A DNA stretch of 64,000 nt from positions 629,628 through 693,627 of the forward strand of contig OZ244198.1 of the NCBI GenBank assembly GCA_965216735.1, written 5' to 3'. The DNA comes from Arenicellales bacterium (GTDB lineage Bacteria > Pseudomonadota > Gammaproteobacteria > Arenicellales > CBDCFT01). The notes beneath the pieces were generated by a model. The model was given only the letters and a program-made list of their open reading frames with translations. It ran no database searches and was not told where the DNA came from. This document shows positions 40,881-50,736 of the stretch, piece by piece. Position 1 is the stretch's first letter; the number at the start of each line of letters is the position of its first letter. The position numbers and the translations under genes are program-made.

Positions 40881-40899
40881 GAGCGAGCTTGCTCGCGAA
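40877..40899 (+). repeat. REP family A copy, exact consensus, filling the hutI-hutG gap
   Basis: GTAGGAGCGAGCTTGCTCGCGAA. Positions 40878-40880 (TAG) are the hutI stop codon. Confidence 0.9.
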
Positions 40900-40907
40900 C
40901 ACTAGTT

Positions 40908-41708
40908 TTGCAAACCTATAACTATCAAGCTGGAAATGTTCCGATGCTGATGAGTATTCCGCATCTGGCAACCGATATACCCGATGAGATCATGGCGCGC
41001 ATGACAGAGGAAGGCCGCCAAGCGTTGGACACGGACTGGGATCTCGATCGTCTGTATGATTTTGCGGGAGAACTGGGCTTGCATGTCATTACGCCAATGT
41101 ATTCGCGTAACGTTATCGATCTTAACCGCCCCCCGGATGGCGTCCAGCTCTATGCGGGCGCAAACAATACCGAACTTGTGCCTACCTCGACATTCTATGA
41201 GCAGCCGATTTATTCAGAGGGACAGGCACCCGATGATGCGGAAATTGAGCAACGCAAATCACTTTATTGGGAACCGTATCACACCTGCATACGGGATGCC
41301 CTTGAAGCGTTAAAAAATCGGTATGGCCGGGTCTTGCTGTTCGACTGCCACTCCATTCGTTCCGAAGTGCCGCGTTTTTCCCCGGGTAAGTTGTCTGACT
41401 TCAATCTAGGCACGGCCGAGGGAAAGAGTTGTTCGCACGGCTTGCGTTCCGTGCTTGCGGCGACATTGGAAAAGCACAAACAGTATATTCTGGCGGTGGA
41501 TGGCCGCTTTAAGGGTGGTTACATTACCCGTCATTACGGTGATCCGGATAACGGTGTTCACGCATTTCAGATGGAGCTGTCACAAGCGACGTATGCCAAT
41601 CCCGAGTCACCTTATAATTACAGCGAAAAGCTGGCGAGTAACGTACAACCGGCCCTGCGGAACATGCTGGAGGCGGCGCGCCACTGGATTAGTCACACGA
41701 CAGAATAG
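40908..41708 (+). CDS. hutG: N-formylglutamate amidohydrolase
   Basis: PMLMSIPHLATDIPDE, DLNRPPDG, LLFDCHSIRS and GGYITRHYG are FGase family blocks. The start is TTG. Confidence 0.85.
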   Translation: MQTYNYQAGNVPMLMSIPHLATDIPDEIMARMTEEGRQALDTDWDLDRLYDFAGELGLHVITPMYSRNVIDLNRPPDGVQLYAGANNTELVPTSTFYEQPIYSEGQAPDDAEIEQRKSLYWEPYHTCIRDALEALKNRYGRVLLFDCHSIRSEVPRFSPGKLSDFNLGTAEGKSCSHGLRSVLAATLEKHKQYILAVDGRFKGGYITRHYGDPDNGVHAFQMELSQATYANPESPYNYSEKLASNVQPALRNMLEAARHWISHTTE

Positions 41709-41740
41709 CTATACAATAAACACATAACAGGAGAACTAAA

Positions 41741-42889
41741 ATGAAGACACTAAAGAGCATACTGACGTTGTCGTTGGTAACGATGGCGTCCGCTATAGGA
41801 GTTGCTTTTGCCGACTCAGTCAAAATTGGCATAAATGTACCGTTGACGGGATTTGCCGCTGCAGACGGAAAGTCAGCATTGACCGGTGCCGAATTGGCGG
41901 TAGAGCAAGCCAATGCCGCCGGGGGTATCGACGGCAAGCAAATTGAATTGGTGGTGTACGACGACCAGGCGTCGCCGAAAGAGATCGTACCCATCGCCAA
42001 TAAATTAATCGAGCAAGACAAAGTGAATGTCGCCATTTCGGGCAGTTACTCCGGACCGACGCGTGCCGCCGCCGGTGTGTTTCATGAAGCGGGTGTTCCC
42101 TATATTTCGGCTTACGCCGTTCATCCGGAAATCACGCGGGCGGGCGACTACGTGTTTCGAACTTCTTTTGTCGGCGAAGTGCAAGGACGTGCGGGTGCTA
42201 AATTAATCGGTGATACGCTGAGCAAAAAGAAAGTAGTTTTGATTACGCTCAATAACGATTTCGGCCAATCTCTGGCGAATGGATTCAAAGAGGCGGCTGG
42301 TCAATACGGTATCGAAGTTATTAATGAATATGAGTATGGCATTAAGGACCGGCAGTTTGGTCCGATCGTATCTTCGGTTAAAGCCGATGCGCCGGAAGCG
42401 ATCTACGCGTCGGGTTATTTCTTCACGGCGGGTCCGTTGGTTAGTCAGTTGCGCGCCGCCGGCGTGGACGCCGACATCATTGGTCAAGAAGGCTACGATT
42501 CGGATAAGTTTATCGAAATCGCTGGTGATGCCGCCGAAGGTATCATTATTACGACGTCACTGGATCGCGATTCCGATTCAACAGAAACCAAGGGCTTTAT
42601 CGAATCCTTCGAACAGAAGGCAGGTTATAAAACCGACATGGTAGCCGCTTCGGCCCATACAGCGGTAAAGGTTGCAGTTGCGGCAATGCAACAAGCCGGA
42701 AGCGATGACCGAAAAGCCATTCGCGATGCGATTGCTGGCATTAGTCTTGAAGCGTCGACCGGAACGATTTCCTTCAATGCGTTGGGCGAAGTTAAAAAAG
42801 ACGTGCAGGTTCAAATGGTCAAAGACGGTGCCTGGCGTCGTCATTCCGTTATCAGTGACCCGGAGTTACTGGCTCCGCCAGACGTGTAG
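41741..42889 (+). CDS. ABC transporter substrate-binding protein, branched-chain amino acid (LivJ/K) type
   Basis: 382 aa with a signal peptide, followed by KIGINVPLTGFAAADGKSALTGAELAVEQANAAGGIDGKQIELVVYDD. Confidence 0.85.
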   Translation: MKTLKSILTLSLVTMASAIGVAFADSVKIGINVPLTGFAAADGKSALTGAELAVEQANAAGGIDGKQIELVVYDDQASPKEIVPIANKLIEQDKVNVAISGSYSGPTRAAAGVFHEAGVPYISAYAVHPEITRAGDYVFRTSFVGEVQGRAGAKLIGDTLSKKKVVLITLNNDFGQSLANGFKEAAGQYGIEVINEYEYGIKDRQFGPIVSSVKADAPEAIYASGYFFTAGPLVSQLRAAGVDADIIGQEGYDSDKFIEIAGDAAEGIIITTSLDRDSDSTETKGFIESFEQKAGYKTDMVAASAHTAVKVAVAAMQQAGSDDRKAIRDAIAGISLEASTGTISFNALGEVKKDVQVQMVKDGAWRRHSVISDPELLAPPDV

Positions 42890-42902
42890 TTATCTCGAAA
42901 TG

Positions 42903-42927
42903 AGCGGTGCGGTTCTGCCGTGCCGCT
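42903..42927 (+). terminator. Possible intra-operon attenuator hairpin after the SBP gene
   Basis: AGCGGTGCGG-TTCTG-CCGTGCCGCT forms a 10-bp stem with two G-U pairs. The T6 run lies 12 nt downstream, so this is not a canonical terminator. Confidence 0.25.
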
Positions 42928-43060
42928 AACTCATACAACTTTTTTGTTGTTAGTGGGAACAAGATCGCTGACAAAGAGTTGTCGCTCTGCGGTCGAAATG
43001 GCAATTTGAACCAATCGGACCCTTCTGTGTGGTTTCGCGACTAGTTCAGTTATCGTAGTC

Positions 43061-43921
43061 ATGTTGTATTTCGAACTGTTTGTGCAAGGCCTGGTGCAAG
43101 GCAGCATCTACGCCTTAATCGCTGTGGGCTTGACCTTGGTGTACGGCTTGTTGCGTATTTTGCACATAGCGCACGCGGGTTTGTTTACCTTGGGTGGTTA
43201 CGTCGGTGTTGTTATCACTAATTCAACCGATAGTATCTTGCTGGCACTGCTTTGCGCCGTACTGGTTGTCGGTGTGTTCGGCATATTGATTTATCGATTT
43301 TGCTATCAGCCCATTTTGCACCGGCCGCCTTATGTTGCTCTGATTGCCTCGATCGGTTTATTCATTGTCATGGAAGAGGGATTTCGAATTATTTTTGGTC
43401 CGTACGGTTTATCGTATACAAATCCGCCTCTCAACGGCCGTTTGACACTCTTCGGTATGTCGCTTAAACAAGCGGAAATATGGACATTTATTGGCGCCTT
43501 GTTGTTGATGTCCGTATTGGCGATATTGGCGAACAAAACGCGAACCGGTGTCGCCTGGCGTGCGACCGTGACCGATCCGCAAATGGCCGAGTCGTTCGGC
43601 GTGAACATTGTCCGAGTTCGCTATCTGAATTTTTTTATCGGTTCAGCGCTCGCTGGGTTCGCCGGCGTCATGGTCGCGTTGTTAAATAATCTGGTAGAAC
43701 CGACCATGGGCAGTGTCGCCAGTTATAAAGCGTTGGCGATTATCGTTTTAGGTGGATTGGGTGATGTCCGCGGAGCATTGGTCGCGGCGATGCTGTTGGG
43801 TGTGATCGAAGCGTTTGGCACGATCTATCTAGATGATTTGATGGATCGCGATGCCATTGCCTTCGCGTTTTTGATTATCGTATTAATGTTGCGTCCACAA
43901 GGTTTATTGGGTAAGGCCTGA
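43061..43921 (+). CDS. ABC transporter permease (LivH-like)
   Basis: 286 aa polytopic protein with a LivH-type N-terminus (FVQGLVQGSIYALIAVGLTLVYG). Confidence 0.85.
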   Translation: MLYFELFVQGLVQGSIYALIAVGLTLVYGLLRILHIAHAGLFTLGGYVGVVITNSTDSILLALLCAVLVVGVFGILIYRFCYQPILHRPPYVALIASIGLFIVMEEGFRIIFGPYGLSYTNPPLNGRLTLFGMSLKQAEIWTFIGALLLMSVLAILANKTRTGVAWRATVTDPQMAESFGVNIVRVRYLNFFIGSALAGFAGVMVALLNNLVEPTMGSVASYKALAIIVLGGLGDVRGALVAAMLLGVIEAFGTIYLDDLMDRDAIAFAFLIIVLMLRPQGLLGKA

Positions 43922-44760
43922 TGGAATACTATGTTAGCGTAGCCACGGTTATGGCTATTAGCGTGATATTCGCGCTGAGTTTAAATCTGATAACGGGATT
44001 CTGCGGGCAAATCAGTCTTGGCCATGCCGCGTTTTATGGAACGGGCGCTTATTGTGCCGCTATATTTACAAAATCCGGTGGGCCATTCGTTTTAGCCCTG
44101 GTATTCGCCGCGCTGCTTGCCGCAATGCTTGGAGTGATTGTCGGATTAGCCTCATTGCGGGTGCGACATGATTTCCTGGCTATTACCACCATGGGGGTTG
44201 GATTTCTATTCCTTGGCGTCGTCAGGAAACAAGATGTTCTCGGCGGTGAACTTGGGATTGCGGCAATACCGGCGACAGGTTTGGGTAAAACGGGGTTTAT
44301 GTTGCTTGCTATCGCATTGGCGGTAGGTGTCGTGTTGTTGAGTGTTCACATTAAGCGTTCCTGGATGGGCTATGCCTTTGGTGCCATTGCCGACGACGAA
44401 GATACGGCGCGTATGGTGGGCATCGATGCAGGGCGGTTTAAACTCGCCTCTTTCGCGCTCGGTACCGGGATCGCCGGTCTGGCGGGTGCGCTTTATGCCC
44501 ACGATGTCAGATTCATTGACCCAAACAGTTTTGGATTTGTGGAGTCCATTACCGTGTTGGCAATGGTCGTGGTCGGTGGCATCGGATCCGTGACCGGTGT
44601 GACCATCGCCGCCGCATTGCTGAGTGTTTTGCCTTTGTGGTTGCAGTTTATCGCCGAGTACAAACTACTCCTGTACGGATTATTGTTGTTTGCCGTCATG
44701 CGCTACAGCCCGCGCGGATTAGCTGGTTTAGTCCCCTTGTTATGCAAGCGCGGCAAGTGA
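43921..44760 (+). CDS. ABC transporter permease (LivM-like)
   Basis: 279 aa with LNLITGFCGQISLGHAAFYGTGAY. The start overlaps the previous stop (TGATG). Confidence 0.8.
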   Translation: MEYYVSVATVMAISVIFALSLNLITGFCGQISLGHAAFYGTGAYCAAIFTKSGGPFVLALVFAALLAAMLGVIVGLASLRVRHDFLAITTMGVGFLFLGVVRKQDVLGGELGIAAIPATGLGKTGFMLLAIALAVGVVLLSVHIKRSWMGYAFGAIADDEDTARMVGIDAGRFKLASFALGTGIAGLAGALYAHDVRFIDPNSFGFVESITVLAMVVVGGIGSVTGVTIAAALLSVLPLWLQFIAEYKLLLYGLLLFAVMRYSPRGLAGLVPLLCKRGK

Positions 44761-45521
44761 AATTAGTCTATCCACTGGTTGTTGACGGTGTCGCCGTCAG
44801 GTTTGGCGGCGTCACGGCATTGAACGACGTGTCGTTTGCGGTGGAACAGGGGGAGTTATTGGGTCTGATCGGTCCCAATGGCGCGGGTAAGTCAACGTTA
44901 ATGAGGGTGATCACAGGCGTGGTTGAGCCTGACCAGGGAACCGTGCGACTCGAGGGAAACGACCTTAACGACTCACCTACGCACAAACGCGTCCGCCGCG
45001 GACTTGGGATGTCTCAACAAATCACCCGGCCATTTCGTGACATGAATTTGTTGCAAAATGTCGCGATTGCCGCAGGTCATGAATCCACCGCTTCGCCGTT
45101 ACGCGCATTCATGGCGTCCAACCGTGAGCGGGCTCGCGAGCGGGCCTTGGAATTGTTACAACTGGTTGGGATTTGCGACGCAGCGGATAGCAAACCTGAC
45201 AATGTGCCATTGGGTTACTTGAAAAGACTCGAATTAGCTCGGGCTTTGGCGTTAGACCCCCGCGTGTTACTGCTGGACGAACCGCTCGCCGGTCTCAATC
45301 AACTCGAAGCCGCAAAACTGGCGGATACCATTTCATCACTTAGAGACAATGGCAAGACTATTGTGTTGGTGGAGCACAATCTGGCTGAGGTCGTGCGTGT
45401 CTGTTCGCGGCTAGTCGTGCTCGACAATGGATTTAAGATTGCTGAAGGCGTACCCACGGAGGTGCTCGCACGGCCCGATGTACAAGCCGCTTATATCGGC
45501 AAGCAAAGCGTCAATGCTTGA
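44757..45521 (+). CDS. ABC transporter ATP-binding protein (LivG-like)
   Basis: Walker A GPNGAGKST, signature and Walker B LLLDEPLAGL. GTG 44757 overlaps the livM-like stop (GTGA). The ORF track starts at 44637, inside the upstream gene. Confidence 0.85.
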   Translation: MKLVYPLVVDGVAVRFGGVTALNDVSFAVEQGELLGLIGPNGAGKSTLMRVITGVVEPDQGTVRLEGNDLNDSPTHKRVRRGLGMSQQITRPFRDMNLLQNVAIAAGHESTASPLRAFMASNRERARERALELLQLVGICDAADSKPDNVPLGYLKRLELARALALDPRVLLLDEPLAGLNQLEAAKLADTISSLRDNGKTIVLVEHNLAEVVRVCSRLVVLDNGFKIAEGVPTEVLARPDVQAAYIGKQSVNA

Positions 45522-46230
45522 AGTTGTAAATCTAAACTGTGGTTATGGTTCCTTTCGTGCGGTGCACGATTTGTCGTTTAAAGTCGACACCGGTGGGGTG
45601 TTTGGACTAATTGGTGCTAACGGCGCCGGTAAAACGTCAACTTTAATGGCCATCGCGGGACATGTTGGAATTCATTCCGGTTCGATCGTTTACAATAACA
45701 ATGACATCACTACTCTCAATGCACACGATAAGATCAAGCTGGGCATCGCACTAGTGCCGGAAGGACGCCGGCTGTTCCCCGATCTGTCAGCGCGTGAAAA
45801 CTTAACTATAGGCGGTTATAGCTTGCCCTCCGCAAGAGAATCGACCAACGAGGAACGGGTCTTTTCGCTGTTTCCCCGGTTGACTGAGCGTCTGAAACAA
45901 AAAGCGGGTTCGCTTTCGGGGGGTGAGCAACAAATGTTAGCGATCGCGCGGGCGCTGATGGCCGAACCCAAATTGTTACTGGTTGATGAATTGTCTTTGG
46001 GATTAATGCCGAAAATCATCGACGCCTGCTACGATGCGCTGCAAAAATTGAGAGACCAGGGTGTTAGTATTGTTCTGGTAGAACAGAGCACGGATCGAAT
46101 AGTGGAATTTGCTGATCGCTTGTGTGTACTTGAATCCGGAAAAGCCGTTTGGCAAGGCGACGGCGCCCAGGCGAGAAACGACACTGATCTGGTAAACACG
46201 TATCTCGGGTTACAGAGTCACGCTGTTTGA
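45514..46230 (+). CDS. ABC transporter ATP-binding protein (LivF-like)
   Basis: Walker A GANGAGKTS, signature LSGGEQQMLAIARAL and Walker B LLLVDELSLGL. ATG 45514 overlaps the upstream stop. Confidence 0.85.
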   Translation: MLEVVNLNCGYGSFRAVHDLSFKVDTGGVFGLIGANGAGKTSTLMAIAGHVGIHSGSIVYNNNDITTLNAHDKIKLGIALVPEGRRLFPDLSARENLTIGGYSLPSARESTNEERVFSLFPRLTERLKQKAGSLSGGEQQMLAIARALMAEPKLLLVDELSLGLMPKIIDACYDALQKLRDQGVSIVLVEQSTDRIVEFADRLCVLESGKAVWQGDGAQARNDTDLVNTYLGLQSHAV

Positions 46231-46326
46231 TATTGATCAAGACTGGGGCAAAACGAATAACTTAGTATTCGAGTAGACTCGTAATCTATTATTTGGATTG
46301 CGCAAGATTTAAAGAGGGTTATTGCC

Positions 46327-47997
46327 ATGAATGATTTCGCAAAAACATCGGAACGGATAATTCATGCGCCGCGTGGTAGTGAATTAACGGCCAAGAACTG
46401 GCAGACCGAAGCGCCCATGCGCATGATCATGAATAATCTCGACCCGGATGTAGCCGAGAATCCAAAAGAGCTTGTCGTTTACGGAGGCATCGGAAAAGCC
46501 GCGCGCAATTGGCAGTGCTTTGATCGCATCGTCGAAGCACTAAAACGACTCGAGGATGATCAAACCCTATTGGTGCAATCGGGTAAACCGGTGGGCGTAT
46601 TCACGACGCATAAGGATGCGCCCCGTGTGCTTATTGCGAATTCCAATTTGGTGCCGCATTGGGCGACCTGGGAACATTTCAACGAACTGGATAAAAAGGG
46701 GTTGATGATGTTCGGTCAAATGACGGCCGGGTCGTGGATATACATCGCCAGCCAAGGAATTATTCAGGGTACCTATGAAACCTTTGTCGAGATGGGGCGG
46801 CAGAATTACGGTGGTGATTTAACAGGTAAGTGGATTTTAACCGCTGGTCTTGGCGGCATGGGTGGGGCCCAACCGTTAGCATGTACCATGGCCGGTGCGT
46901 CCATGCTTGCAGTAGAGTGCGATCCGTCACGTATTGCATTTCGTTTGCGTACGGGCTATCTCGACAAGAGTACGGATAACCTAGACGATGCCTTGCAATG
47001 GATTCAATCGGCCTGCGACGAGAAACAAGCGGTATCGGTCAGTTTGTTGGGCAATGCCGCCGAAGTTTTACCGGAATTGGTTGAGCGTGGCATTAAACCG
47101 GATGCAGTCACCGATCAAACCAGTGCACACGATCCCCTTAATGGTTATTTACCCATAGGCTGGACCCTGGAACAGTGGCTTACGAAACGAAACACAAGTC
47201 CGGACGAGACCATGCAAGCGGCTAAGAAATCCATGGCTGTGCATGTGCATTCGATGCTGGATTTTCATGCACAAGGCATTCCCACATTTGATTACGGCAA
47301 CAATATTCGGCAAATGGCCTTGGAAATGGGCGTACAAAACGCATTCGATTTTCCAGGGTTTGTGCCGGCATACATCCGGCCCTTGTTTTGTAAAGGTGTG
47401 GGACCGTTTCGTTGGGTGGCTCTATCGGGCGATCCGGAAGATATCTATAAAACCGACGCGAAAGTAAAAGAACTGATTCCCGACGATCCGCATTTGCACA
47501 ACTGGTTAGACATGGCTAAAGAACGCATCCAGTTCCAGGGTTTACCGGCACGTATTTGTTGGGTGGGTCTCGGACAGCGCGATCGGCTGGGATTAGCGTT
47601 TAATGAAATGGTAGCTAAGGGCGAATTAAAAGCACCGGTTGTAATCGGACGCGATCATCTCGATTCCGGTTCGGTGGCCAGTCCCAATCGAGAGACGGAA
47701 AGCATGAAAGACGGGTCGGATGCCGTTTCTGATTGGGCATTTTTGAATGCTTTGTTGAATACCGCCAGTGGCGCGACCTGGGTTTCAATACACCATGGCG
47801 GTGGTGTCGGCATGGGTTTTGCGCAACATGCAGGTTTTGTGATTGTCTGTGATGGTACCGATGATGCAGCGCAACGTATCAAACGCGTGTTATGGAATGA
47901 CCCTGGAACCGGTGTCATGCGTCACGCCGACGCAGGCTACGAAGAGGCAATCGCATGCGCTAAAGCGCACAAATTGAATTTGCCGATGATTGGGTAA
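46327..47997 (+). CDS. hutU: Urocanate hydratase
   Basis: 556 aa with [15 protein letters not shown] (NAD site), collinear with HutU. Confidence 0.95.
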   Translation: MNDFAKTSERIIHAPRGSELTAKNWQTEAPMRMIMNNLDPDVAENPKELVVYGGIGKAARNWQCFDRIVEALKRLEDDQTLLVQSGKPVGVFTTHKDAPRVLIANSNLVPHWATWEHFNELDKKGLMMFGQMTAGSWIYIASQGIIQGTYETFVEMGRQNYGGDLTGKWILTAGLGGMGGAQPLACTMAGASMLAVECDPSRIAFRLRTGYLDKSTDNLDDALQWIQSACDEKQAVSVSLLGNAAEVLPELVERGIKPDAVTDQTSAHDPLNGYLPIGWTLEQWLTKRNTSPDETMQAAKKSMAVHVHSMLDFHAQGIPTFDYGNNIRQMALEMGVQNAFDFPGFVPAYIRPLFCKGVGPFRWVALSGDPEDIYKTDAKVKELIPDDPHLHNWLDMAKERIQFQGLPARICWVGLGQRDRLGLAFNEMVAKGELKAPVVIGRDHLDSGSVASPNRETESMKDGSDAVSDWAFLNALLNTASGATWVSIHHGGGVGMGFAQHAGFVIVCDGTDDAAQRIKRVLWNDPGTGVMRHADAGYEEAIACAKAHKLNLPMIG

Positions 47998-48034
47998 TTT
48001 CAAGATTAGATTTGCGCGTAACTTTATATCTCCA

Positions 48035-48109
48035 ATCGCCGCGAGGGCGCGCCTCTCAGGGGTACAATTATTATAATGGTACCGTTGTGAGAGTGGCGAC
48101 TCGCCACGA
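48035..48109. repeat. REP family A-like doublet (REPIN-like) downstream of hutU
   Basis: ATCGCCGCGAGGGCGCGCCTCTCAGGGG (reverse type) and GTGAGAGTGGCGACTCGCCACGA (forward type) flank an AT-rich palindromic spacer. Confidence 0.6.
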
Positions 48110-48140
48110 TAGAGGTTTCGATCGGAAATCAAATAAATCG

Positions 48141-48179
48141 GAGCCAGGCGATTGACCCCCCGGTACTATCGCCTGGCTC
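48141..48179 (+). terminator. Hairpin GAGCCAGGCGAT...ATCGCCTGGCTC followed by GTTTTCC
   Basis: Perfect 12-bp stem with a 15-nt loop and a short T-run. It is positioned after hutU. Confidence 0.5.
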
Positions 48180-48250
48180 GTTTTCCTTCCCGTCCCACAC
48201 AACGCTAGTTAACTAGTGAGACATACTGTAGGTTAATAAAATTCAAAAAA

Positions 48251-48270
48251 CCTCATCCATATGGATGAGG
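48251..48270 (-). terminator. Rho-independent terminator of the LysR gene (bidirectional-looking)
   Basis: Perfect palindrome CCTCATCCATATGGATGAGG flanked by A6 and T4. On the minus strand the hairpin is followed by T6, 23 nt after the LysR stop. Confidence 0.65.
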
Positions 48271-48292
48271 TTTTAAAGAAATTTGCTATTTT

Positions 48293-49252
48293 TTATGCAA
48301 TTTCGACCTGTTTTGTCATCCATTGATGATCTCGGGGCAAATCGTCCTGAAGCATGCGGTTGAGGATAGCGCGGGTCTGCTTCACTAACTTGCGCCGGAA
48401 GCCGGCGAATTCACCTTTATGTTTTACCAAATACAGGCTTCGGCTGAAGCCTGGTTGCGGCATAGGCAGAGAATCAATCTGGTTCAAGAACGCCCGCGCG
48501 TGAATAAGACACAACGGTGTGGTGATCGCCCAACCCAACCCCTCGGCCACCATGGATACCACGCCTTCGCTGCCATCGAATTCTAAACGCGAGGAGGCCT
48601 CGACACGTAACCATCGAAGATGTTGATCGATTTGCGTCCCGATACGTGAGCGCAAACTGTAACGGACCAAGGGCTGCGTCGACGCCAGCTCTTGTAATGA
48701 AACCGACTGGGATTTTTTAACTGCACTTTTTGGAACAATAATAATGTATGGCTCACGGTAAAGGCGTGTGTTTTCCAGATCCGCAATATCGGACATTGGT
48801 GTCGGCGTTACGATAACATCCAGATTGCGTTGCATCAGATCGCTTTCCAGACCCGGCGAGATGCCTGCCCACATGGAAATTTGTTGGGCTTGATCCTGCA
48901 ATGCATCAATCAACTTCGGCCCGACGGTAACGGAAAACGAATCGACAAAACCGACATTAATCTGTGGCACGGTGGAGCGATCTGTCGATCTTACCAAGCG
49001 GTCAGTTTCCTCCGCTTCAGCCAGCAGGTAACGGGCGCGTTCCGCCAACAAGGTACCTGCCGCGGTAGGTCGGATCGGGCGCAAACGCCGGTCAAACAAT
49101 ACGGTGTTGTATTCATCTTCCAACGCTTTGATGGTGTGTGAGATGGCCGGTTGGGTCATACCGAGTTGTCGCGCCGCTATCGTCATGCTGCCGCTTTGGG
49201 TAAGCGCCGCCACCACACGCATCGCCTTTAGATCAAAGCCGAGTTCAGTCAT
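48293..49252 (-). CDS. LysR-family transcriptional regulator, divergent from soxB
   Basis: The N-terminal HTH is LKAMRVVAALTQSGSMTIAARQLGMTQPAISHTIKALE. The protein is 319 aa. Confidence 0.85.
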   Translation of the reverse strand: MTELGFDLKAMRVVAALTQSGSMTIAARQLGMTQPAISHTIKALEDEYNTVLFDRRLRPIRPTAAGTLLAERARYLLAEAEETDRLVRSTDRSTVPQINVGFVDSFSVTVGPKLIDALQDQAQQISMWAGISPGLESDLMQRNLDVIVTPTPMSDIADLENTRLYREPYIIIVPKSAVKKSQSVSLQELASTQPLVRYSLRSRIGTQIDQHLRWLRVEASSRLEFDGSEGVVSMVAEGLGWAITTPLCLIHARAFLNQIDSLPMPQPGFSRSLYLVKHKGEFAGFRRKLVKQTRAILNRMLQDDLPRDHQWMTKQVEIA

Positions 49253-49365
49253 GGTTATAGTATAAATTCTATTAATAAAAGATAGAAATATTTCTAATTA
49301 TTGTTTTGTGTTGAATTTGCTCTAAGTTAGAGTTCGCCGCTTGATCAATTCTTCGGATACCGGCA

Positions 49366-50619
49366 GTGAAATATTCGATTTTCAGTCTGGCGCGCAACGC
49401 ACTGACTGATCACAAAAATTGGCCACAGGTTTGGCGTAGCCCGGATCCTAAACCGGAATACGATGTGATCATTATCGGTGGTGGCGGCCATGGCTTAGCA
49501 ACTGCTTACTATTTAGCGAAAGAGCAAGGCATCTCCAATGTGGCCGTGGTCGAAAAAGGCTGGCTTGGTGGCGGCAATACCGGACGTAACACCACCATTA
49601 TTCGCTCGAATTACATGATCGAACCGAACGCCCATTTTTATGAAAAGGCCTTGCAACTATGGGAGGGTTTGTCCCAGGAGTTGAACTTTAACCAAATGGT
49701 AAGTCAGCGTGGTGTACTTAACCTCGCCCACAGCGATCCGCAATTAGATGCGTTTGCGCGGCGCGGTAATGCCATGCGTTTGAACGGTATCGACGCGGAA
49801 ATGTTGACGCGGGAACAAATTCAGGAAATGGTGCCATTGCTGGATTGCTCTAATCAAACCCGTTATCCGGTGATGGGTGGGTTGATGCAATCGCGTGGCG
49901 GTACGGCGCGTCACGATGCGGTGGCGTGGGGTTATGCCCGCGGTGCCGACGCCCGCGGCGTTGACATCATTCAGAATTGCGAGGTCACCGGTATTCGCCG
50001 TGACGGTGACAAAGTGATCGGTGTAGAAACGTCACGTGGTTATATCGGCGCCAAGAAAATCGGATTTGCGGTGGCGGGTAACAGTTCGCGTATTGCTGCC
50101 ATGGTGGGTATCCGGTTGCCTATTGAATCCCATGTGTTACAGGCGATGGTTACCGAACCCATCAAACCGTTGCTTGATACCGTGGTCACGTCCGGCGCCG
50201 CACATTGTTATATCAGCCAGACCGACAAGGGTGAATTTGTGTTTGGCGGTGATCTCGATTTTTATAATTCCTACGCGCAGCGTGGCAATCCGCCCTTGAT
50301 CGAACATGTGATTCAGGCAGCGGTGACATTGTTTCCCTGCCTCAGCCGGTTGCGTTTGATGCGCACGTGGGGCGGTATCATGGACATGACTATGGACGGC
50401 AGTCCGATTATTTGCAAAATGCCGATAAGGGGTTTGTACATGAATGGTGGTTGGTGTTACGGCGGATTTAAGGCGACACCGGGTTCCGGTTGGGTGTTCG
50501 CCCATACCATCGCCAATGACGATCCACATCCTTTAAATGCCGCGTTTACATTAGACCGTTTTCACAAAGGATATTTGATTGACGAGAAGGGCGCCGGCGC
50601 ATCGCCGAAATCGCATTGA
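49366..50619 (+). CDS. soxB: Sarcosine oxidase beta subunit
   Basis: HKNWPQVWRSPDPKPEYDVIIIGGGGHGLATAYYLAK. It is 417 aa and collinear with SoxB. The start is GTG. Confidence 0.9.
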   Translation: MKYSIFSLARNALTDHKNWPQVWRSPDPKPEYDVIIIGGGGHGLATAYYLAKEQGISNVAVVEKGWLGGGNTGRNTTIIRSNYMIEPNAHFYEKALQLWEGLSQELNFNQMVSQRGVLNLAHSDPQLDAFARRGNAMRLNGIDAEMLTREQIQEMVPLLDCSNQTRYPVMGGLMQSRGGTARHDAVAWGYARGADARGVDIIQNCEVTGIRRDGDKVIGVETSRGYIGAKKIGFAVAGNSSRIAAMVGIRLPIESHVLQAMVTEPIKPLLDTVVTSGAAHCYISQTDKGEFVFGGDLDFYNSYAQRGNPPLIEHVIQAAVTLFPCLSRLRLMRTWGGIMDMTMDGSPIICKMPIRGLYMNGGWCYGGFKATPGSGWVFAHTIANDDPHPLNAAFTLDRFHKGYLIDEKGAGASPKSH

Positions 50620-50634
50620 TGGGGACATATGTTT

Positions 50635-50699
50635 TTCGCGAGCAAGTTCGTTCTTACAATAAACCATTCTTCTGGGTAGGAGCGAGCTTGCTCGCGAAC
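50635..50699. repeat. REP family A doublet (reverse then forward) left of the RAYT gene
   Basis: TTCGCGAGCAAGTTCGTTCTTAC at 50635-50657 and GTAGGAGCGAGCTTGCTCGCGAA at 50677-50699. Confidence 0.85.
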
Positions 50700-50736
50700 A
50701 AATTGCTCGTGAACGTCTGAGATTTGATTAGACCGA

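Noticed and set aside
44637-44756. Long 5' extensions of tracked ORFs into upstream genes: livG-like from 44637, livF-like from 45427, soxA from 51556, soxG from 54497, TRAP SBP to 30523, and the small ORF from 17502.
   Set aside because: In each case a start codon overlapping or abutting the upstream stop gives a protein with the expected N-terminus or signal peptide. The extensions merely reflect open frames inside neighbouring genes.
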